DNA from: Bugula neritina
Lineage: Eukaryota; Animalia; Bryozoa
Direction: 5' to 3'
Assembly (NCBI GenBank): GCA_964035545.1
Contig: CAXIUT010000206.1
Location: 1-18,571, forward strand
Length of the DNA stretch: 18,571 bases
This document shows, one piece after another, positions 11,604 to 18,571 of the stretch. The notes under the pieces are model-generated. The model was given only the letters and a program-made list of their open reading frames with translations. It was not told where the DNA came from and searched no databases. Position 1 is the stretch's first letter. Every line of letters begins with the position of its first letter. A program made the position numbers and the translations under genes.

Positions 11604-13107
11604 ATGGAGTTTTTTGATGACGTCAATAACCAAAGAATAGGCGAAGAAGCTTAAGTAATAGGTTCTAACTGCTCGATAGAAGGTTCTCCCCAAGCTTTGT
11701 CTAACAAGAACATCTATGGGCATACACCTGGATCTATTTCCGGTAGGGACTTACAAGATAAATCAATGAAATATATTGCTGATCGCTTCTTGCCTATCCG
11801 AAAGACACCCTGCTCAGCTAAAGAGCTATTCAATGACCAATTAGAATGGATGGAAGACTAGGAGAATGAAGATGAGAAAGCCAAACGCAGTGAACGCAGA
11901 GGAATGACAGTCAAAGATGTGTATAAAATGGGTGTACTTGGTGAAGGGAATATATTTAAAGATCACGACATTGAAACTTTTTCCAATGAAAATTTGCTAA
12001 GATTCAAGTACATCTTCCTTTATTCAGTCATAAAGATTAAAATAAAAGCGAGAATGATTACAAAAACCTTTTCTCGAAGGGATTCTTACAGCTTCCTGAA
12101 GATTGTGTCCCTGCATACAAACAAAAAGATCGCAAGATTAGCAAAGTTCCCACCAAAGTTCTAGATGCTCCTGCTCTCTATGATGACTTTTATTTGAACC
12201 TTATCGACTGGTCTGCCTCAAATATGCTGGCAGTTGGATTAAGTAACAGTGTTTATTTATGGAATGCTGGTAATTCTAAAGTTGTGAGATTGGTTGAGCT
12301 AGCTTCAAATGATCTGGTTACTAGTTGTTCATCCAGTCCTTCATCAAATATTTTGGCTGTTGGAACACATATGGAGAAGTACAGCTTTGGGACTGTATTC
12401 GTCATAGAAAAATAATGACTTGCAAAGGTCATACTGCTAGAGTAGGTGCTATTGCTTGGAATTCAAATAATCTTTTTGCAAGTGGTTCAAGAGATAAAAC
12501 CATTCTCACAAGAGATATTCGTACTAAAGACGAATTCGCAAATAAAATGATAGGTCATAAACAAGAAGTCTGTGGATTGAAATGGTCTTTTGATCAGCAG
12601 CAATTGGCTTCAGGAGGTAACGATAATAGACTTAATATCTGGAGTCCTCATTCTAGTGTACCAACTTTTAGTTTATTGAGACACACTGCAGCTGTGAAGG
12701 CGCTAGCTTGGTCTCCTCATCAACACGGCTTGCTTGTATCAGGAGGAGGCACAGCTGATAGAACCATTCGATTTTGGAACTCAATGTCAGGAGAGGAAAC
12801 TAAATGTCTCAATGTTGGTTCACAAGTTTGCAATCTAATGTTTGCAAAGAATGTTAACTAACTTGTGAGCACTCATGGATATTCTCTGAATGAAATAAAT
12901 GTCTGGAAGATGCCACAAATGCAAAAAATTGAAACTCTCACAGGACACACATATAGAGTACTTTATTTGGCCATGAATCCTGACGGAACTACAATAGTCA
13001 CTGGAGCTGGAGATGAAACACTTCGCTTTTGGAATATTTTCCCTAAAAAGGAAAAATAAACAAAAGATAAATCCAATCTCAATACAGAATCAATCTGCCT
13101 TCGTTGA
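11604..13107 (+). CDS. FZR1: Cdc20/Fizzy-related (Cdh1/CCS52-like) APC/C activator, WD40
   Basis: C-box DRFLPIR, KVLDAPALYDDFYLNLIDW, GHKQEVCGLKW, AAVKALAWSPHQHGLLVSGGGTADR, NVNELVSTHGYS, TGAGDETLRFWN, and an IR-type tail (CLR-TGA). One 20-nt intron at 12008-12027 and one missing base at about 12372. Confidence 0.95.
12008..12027 (+). other. 20-nt spliceosomal intron (FZR)
   Basis: GTACATCTTCCTTTATTCAG; removal joins the C-box frame to the WD40 frame. Confidence 0.85.
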
Positions 13108-13182
13108 TCTTTTAATTGATGCATATGCTTTTTTAATTAGAATCAATCAAATAGTATAATTCAATTAAATCATATTTTCAAT

Positions 13183-13269
13183 GGGGTTGGGGTTGGGGTT
13201 GGGGTTGGGGTTGGGGTTGGGGTTGGGGTTGGGGTTGGGGTTGGGGTTGGGGTTGGGGTTGGGGTTGGG
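13183..13269. repeat. Internal (GGGGTT)n tract, the right telomere of the first chromosome
   Basis: About 14 perfect repeats, 75 bp after the FZR stop, in right-end orientation. Length is similar to the terminal tracts. Confidence 0.95.
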
Positions 13270-14907
13270 ATCTGGACATTCTTCAGTCAGTAAGAGAAAT
13301 AAATCAAAGGAAATTCAGAATTCTGAAATAAAACAAAGAATTAAAGAGATTCTTTACACAGTGAAGGATTAGAGGCAGCATATAGAAAATATTTTACACT
13401 AAAATGATCTTGAAATCATCAATCTACAACAAAGTTATTCATAAATGGTACAAAAATTTTTATTCAGAAATATGAACATGATTTTGATGATCTTTAACCG
13501 AAAGAAATACTGATTCTTCAGGAATTATCTGAAGGGCTTAAAGAGATGAATATTGACCCGACACAAATTTTAGGCCATTCAGCGTCAATCAAGGAAGAAC
13601 CTTTTAAAGGAAGAAATCTCTCAAAATAGGAAATAATTAAAATCCAATAAGCAGTTCTTGATAAACTTGGGGCTCAATTAGAATAATGATAGAAATATAA
13701 TGATGGAAGAAGCTTTTTCATGCAGTCTTAATGTATGTAAATTCATAGTTGATCATACAATAGTTGGGAAGGCAGCAGCCAACCTTCCCCCGAATAAAAA
13801 ATAACTAACTCTATATAGCTCCAAACTTCCTCAATCCATCTCCAATCTTCTTGTTAAATCTTCAAAAATTTCCCATGATGTTCCTTCCATACCAATATCA
13901 GAAGATACTTAGTCAGATTATCTTGTTATAAAAAATCATTTGTGTCTTCAATGAAGTCTTCTTCAGTTATGACCGAAAAATCATTTAAGAAAAAAGAATA
14001 AAATTACTCAAATAAAAGTTCTTAGGTCAGATAACTTGATTAATTAAAGCAAACTCAAGAAGCAAAATGTTTAAAATTAATTCCTTTAGTAACAAAGTAA
14101 GAAGAAGAAGATAGTACAGATGAAAATAATGAAGAAGATATTGAGTCACAAATGAGGGATATAAAAATTCATCAAGAAGAGATAAGAACAAAATATATGG
14201 AAAATTTTAAGAAAAAAAGAGAAAAGAATAAAATTAAGACCAAAAATGAGGGAAAAAATAATCAAAAAATTCCATCTTATAATTATGATGGTTCCCTTAT
14301 TACTCCCCTTAAAAATGAATTTGTTCAATATCCTCCTCATTATCTTAATCTTTAAATTCAACTTCAATAGAAAGAATAGTTCAATTCAAACTCTAAGAAT
14401 TAGAATAAAAAAAGTAAACCTAAAAATTTAGTTCCTATTTAAGTATTACCTGATAAAAAATAAGAATTTTAGATTTATTAAAGCTAATTTATCAAAGAAG
14501 TAGAGAATGTGAAGTGGGTTGAAGGAGTTAAAAGTTCTTCTAAAAAATAATAAGCAAAATAAAGTCCAGGACATCATAATATAAATAACTTTAGAAAAAG
14601 AAAGATAAATTTATTCAAAGAAAATAATGAACCTCGTAGAATAAAATTCGGAGATCTCTAAAACTATAAAAACATATTGATGGACAATATGACAACTGAG
14701 ATGTCTAACATGAATATGCCAACAATAAAAAGTTCTGTTTTTAGTATAATTTCTTAGAAAGAAGAGCTTCAAGAACGTAAAATTAAGATAGCTAATAACA
14801 AGGCTTTACAATTTTTATTGAATGAATCACATTCAGAAAAATCTGGATTAAAAACAGGTTAAATTAATAAAAAGAGTTCTTTTTTTGGAAGTTTTTTTCC
14901 CAAGTGA
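13270..14907 (+). CDS. 5'-truncated hypothetical low-complexity/acidic protein
   Basis: Coding-like sequence begins immediately after the telomere tract with no ATG. Includes KEEEEDSTDENNEEDIE and ends ...FFGSFFPK-TGA. A few single-base shifts between 13430 and 13950. Confidence 0.6.
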
Positions 14908-14985
14908 TTTTTAACTGTAATAATATATATATTATGCTTGTTTTAATAATTCTTATCATCATCATAATATAACTAATTGATCAAA

Positions 14986-15478
14986 ATGAGTTCTAAGTTA
15001 AGTGAGGAGCAAATGGAAGAGTTCAGACAGGCTTTTAAATTGATAGATGTTGATGGTGATGGTAAAATTAGTGCAGTTGTATCAATTTTATAAGTTAGGA
15101 ATTGCAGGGAATAATGAAGAACTTTAACTATTCGATTACGTAAGAAGAGGTTAAGGTGATAATTAAAAAAATAGATACAGATGGCAATGGCACAATTGAA
15201 CAACATTAATTTCTTAACTTCATTGCAAGGTAATCAAATTATAATTAAGTCAATCTCATGAACTTAAAGACTAAGCAACTGATCTTAAACAAGTGTTCAC
15301 TATGTTTGACAAAGATGGAAATGGACTTATAACAAAAGAAGAACTAAGGCAGGGTCTTAAATAAATGGGATAAACTTTAAGCAATAGTGAACTATAAGAC
15401 TTGTTTTCTGAGGCCGATCTTGATGGAGATGGTCATATAAGTTTCCAAGAGTTTGTTTAACTAATGGGTGGCAAATGA
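14986..15478 (+). CDS. Calmodulin-like protein (4 EF-hands), 150 aa, 2 introns
   Basis: Removing 20-nt introns 15079-15098 and 15230-15249 gives loops DVDGDGKISAVE, DTDGNGTIEQHE, DKDGNGLITKEE, DLDGDGHISFQE. Too divergent to be canonical calmodulin. Confidence 0.92.
15079..15098 (+). other. 20-nt spliceosomal intron (calmodulin-like)
   Basis: GTATCAATTTTATAAGTTAG; removal completes EF-hand 1. Confidence 0.92.
15230..15249 (+). other. 20-nt spliceosomal intron (calmodulin-like)
   Basis: GTAATCAAATTATAATTAAG; removal restores the frame. Confidence 0.9.
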
Positions 15479-15591
15479 TCGGATAAATATTAATCAAAAC
15501 TTAATTATTAATCTAAACTTATAAAAATCCAATCTTTTATGAGCTATTTTAATAGAAAATCCAAAGCTTTACTTTAATTATATTCGAAATA

Positions 15592-17562
15592 ATGCTTTAT
15601 ATACCCACTTATACTGAAGGAGATATTCAAAAGTATCAAAATCCACAAAGAAGATATCCCTGGATTCAGTCTAAAGAGTAATTGGGAGTTTATTAGAACT
15701 GTTAGACCAAACAACAAGTTCAATCTCACATAATAACTCTTCCTCAAAATAGATTAAAACTTTAAAAATCACTTATTGAAGGACGAATACATAATAAACA
15801 TCCCTTTATATGTTCTATTTATGACTATCACATTCTAAATAGAATTGTCAAGAATAATGAACATTAAAAATAGGAATAATTATCTATAGAAATCTATTGT
15901 GACCGTTTATTTTTTTTCGCTGAAAGAGATTGGACTTTTCAAAACATTTTAAATGCTCTTATAGGACTCAAAAGACTTATTTTAATTTATGGTCCTTTTG
16001 CTGTGACAGAAACTTCCTTTCGAAAAAACCAGGAATAATAAATAAAAATATGGATAAGTAACTAGCCTAGTAATAATCAGCCTGATCGATCTCTTGCTAA
16101 TGAACAAGAAACTCTGAATAGTTTTTTGACTATTATTTCTAATAAAAATGTAGAAGTAAAGAGAATTTTATCTAAGAGTCGATCATTAAGATAAGCTATT
16201 TCTATTTTACAAGATTTAGGTAATTATCCACAAAGCAGATACAAAAATAGTCCCTCAATAAATAAAAACATTGCTTAGGTTTTTCAGCACTAGGAAAGCC
16301 ATGAAAATCCTTTTTTAACATTTCAACATCAAACATTCAAGAAAGTAGTCAATAAGAAAATAGATAAACCTTTATCACATCATCCAACTTTATTTCATGA
16401 TTTATCAAATTATGGTTTCTTTAAAAAAAATAAGTTTTAAAAAGGTAATAAAAATCGTTCTATTTCTAACTTTACTGGCTGCAATAGTTCATCTCATTAC
16501 TTATTGAATACCTTATATGATGCTAATAGATTTTCAGCATACAGTGGTTTAGTTTCTTAGTAAATAAGTCCTAGAAAAACCTAACAAATTCACAAAAAGT
16601 TTATTAATAGTTCTAAGATGAAACCCGTTTATTCTACCCAAAAAAATAGTAGAATCAGTAGTAATTGGAATTCGAACATTAATGGCAAAAATATGAATAA
16701 GAATTCATGCAACGCTACATTTAATGATAACAATAGAAATACTAGTTATAGCAGTATTTCAAAGAATAATTATGAAATAGGAAATATTTAAAAAAAGAGT
16801 CTTCAAAGACGAAAAATACCTTCTTTTATTACAAATATTGTTCAAAAAAATAATATTAAACAAGAAATAAATAATAACAGTCAAAAGTCTTCTCCTAAAT
16901 TTATTATTTCTTCAAAGAATAACAAAATATGGTTTAGTCCAAGTCATAGTTCTAAATAAAGATATCATCTAAATAAAGCTGATAAATAAAGATTTTAATC
17001 TAACTAAAATAGCAATAAGAGATCTAGAAAATAAATTAAATTTTTTACATTTTGTCAGACAGAAGAAGGTCAAAAAAATAGAAAATCCAATTATAGTAAC
17101 AGTTCAAAACCTAAGTTAATAAACTTCCAAGATTCTTTTATTGAAAATAAAACAAATAAAAGTCTATCGAATTATATTTCTTCAAAAAAACAATATCAAT
17201 CAGGAGAATTAATATAGCCATTCAAAGGTCCTGTAGCAATCAAATAGTAGCAAGAGAATCCATTTGTTATTAACATAAGTGATATTCATCAAAGATAGTC
17301 CTTAGTTCAAAAAGGAACAGACAAAGCTTCTCGATTACTAAAAGAATAGATGACGAAAGATTTCGATAATATTATGGGCGAAGTAGATGAAGAAAGTACT
17401 GCAACTTAAGAGGCGACTCATAAAAAAGAACAATATGAATCAATAAAAATCGAATAAGATGATAATCTGAAATAAAGTTTATTAAAAGATAGAATAAAGA
17501 AGAAACAACTTGCTTTTGCTTAACTTAAAAAAGAAGCTTTGAAAGTTTTAACTGATTTATGA
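15592..17562 (+). CDS. Hypothetical protein, 656 aa (globular N-terminus, long N/S/K-rich region, C-terminal coiled coil)
   Basis: 1,971-nt frame with no TGA until 17560-17562. The N-terminus (HPFICSIYDY...IYCD...KIWIS) may be a highly degenerate kinase-like fold; this is weak. Confidence 0.75.
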
Positions 17563-17623
17563 TTTACTATTTTGAGTTAATTATATTAATGTAGTCACCA
17601 TCAAGGGTTATACAGATTTTTTG

Positions 17624-18438
17624 TCACTTTTTTGGTGCTTTTTTTGCATCTTTTCCTGCTGGTGCTGCTTTTTACATTCTTTAGAAAAATGTGTCAGGAT
17701 CATTCCATTTTGGATTTGCCTACTTTAAGATAGTTTGTTCCCAGTCATCTACATCATTTACTACTCTTTGTTCTTCTTGTTTTTATTCCATTTTAACTTT
17801 CTCGGTCCACATAGGTTTAGTAAAGATTGATTTTAGTTTATTCGGGTCAAGAGTAGTACTTTATCCAGTTCTAACTCTAAAACCGGTGCAACCTGGAATA
17901 AGTCCTCCAGCATTATAGAAGTTAGACTAATATTAAGGATATTTATAGCTTTTATCGCCCAAAGAAGCAACAGTAAGATTATTTCGTTGACCATCTAATC
18001 CAAGTACTTTCATTTTGGTTTGCATTCTTGACTAAACTTCATAGTGATTTCCTTTACTCTGATTAGCACCTGAATAAACTCTAATTCCTTAATTACTATT
18101 AAAATACCTTTATTTTGTATTTCAGCATTTGTTTCTCTTCCTCCTGATATATGTCCCTTTTCCATTCTTTTTCTTTCAACTTGTTAAGGCAAAGGAATAT
18201 GTTTTATGCCTCTTAAGTCAATATCTTTGGTTTGCGAGTAATATTTTTATTCGTAGACTTTGAGGCAAGGTTTGAATTGATATTAGTTTGATAGTTTTTA
18301 TTGATAAGTTTTTATTCTGTTTTGCTGTGGGATGGATGAAGGTTGTAAGAGGTTATTTAGTTATCCTTCAGGCTTAAGATGCACTTTTCCTCCTGAAAAG
18401 CGTTGTGAATGAGCTCCTTTCCACTCTGGTTGTTGCAT
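17624..18438 (-). CDS. SASRP1/SPATS1-like protein, 264 aa, 1 intron
   Basis: Removing the 20-nt intron 18088-18107 gives a clean frame. RNNLTVASLGDKSYKYPEYESNFYNAGG and WTEKVK.EEKQEEQRVVNDVDDW resemble the SASRP1 domain as recalled (GD..Y..PE....F...G; V..LD.W). Confidence 0.65.
18088..18107 (-). other. 20-nt spliceosomal intron (SASRP1-like)
   Basis: GTATTTTAATAGTAATTAAG; removal restores the frame. Confidence 0.85.
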
Positions 18439-18496
18439 AAATACTATATATATTATTACAATAAAAATCAAAATTTTGTGGCATGGAAAATAAATC

Positions 18497-18571
18497 GGGG
18501 TTGGGGTTGGGGTTGGGGTTGGGGTTGGGGTTGGGGTTGGGGTTGGGGTTGGGGTTGGGGTTGGGGTTGGG
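18497..18571. repeat. Right telomere, (GGGGTT)n
   Basis: About 12.5 perfect repeats running to the end of the window. Confidence 0.98.

Noticed and set aside
12360-12385. Programmed ribosomal frameshift or pseudogenisation in FZR (and shifts in the Sfi1-like gene near 8115, 8760, 9505, 11080, 11140)
   Set aside because: Each is repaired by adding one base to a homopolymer, and the telomere shows the same kind of loss (CCCAA). This is typical long-read deletion error, and the direction is opposite to Euplotes-type +1 AAA-stop frameshifting.
13269-13272. GATC at the junction as a restriction/Hi-C ligation scar
   Set aside because: Telomeric repeats contain no GATC to be cut, and the G belongs to the same terminal register seen at the other two ends. 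Probably coincidental.
13181-13372. 63-aa ORF MGLGLGL... in the ORF track
   Set aside because: It is the telomeric repeat translated across the junction, not a credible gene.
146-18438. Standard ciliate code (TAA/TAG = Gln, table 6)
   Set aside because: It would place Gln at EF-hand position 12 twice, in NELVSTHG and at the AlkB metal ligand, while conserved Gln residues here use CAA.
1-18571. CRISPR arrays, prokaryotic operons, transposons, rRNA/tRNA genes
   Set aside because: None seen. The only tandem repeats are telomeric, the genes are eukaryotic with spliceosomal introns, and intergenic gaps are short AT-rich spacers.

Overview
AT-rich ciliate macronuclear DNA with (C4A2)n/(T2G4)n telomeres. 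The supplied standard-code ORF track is misleading. TAA and TAG are sense codons, and conserved positions show both encode glutamate (peritrich-type code, NCBI table 30) rather than the usual ciliate glutamine; TGA is the only stop. Bases 1-13269 are one complete telomere-to-telomere minichromosome of about 13.3 kb with 10 tightly packed genes: hypothetical, pseudokinase-like, TMCO1-like, chromodomain, AlkB-family dioxygenase, RING finger, centrin-like, p24/emp24, a ~1,560-aa Sfi1-like repeat protein, and Cdc20/Fizzy-related. Bases 13270-18571 are the right-hand part of a second chromosome (5'-truncated hypothetical gene, calmodulin-like, hypothetical, SASRP1/SPATS1-like) joined directly to the first chromosome's right telomere, most likely a library chimera. 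All eight confidently placed introns are exactly 20 nt (GTA...AG). Scattered single-base frameshifts, mostly in homopolymers, look like long-read errors. All protein calls come from manual translation and recalled motifs; no database search was run.
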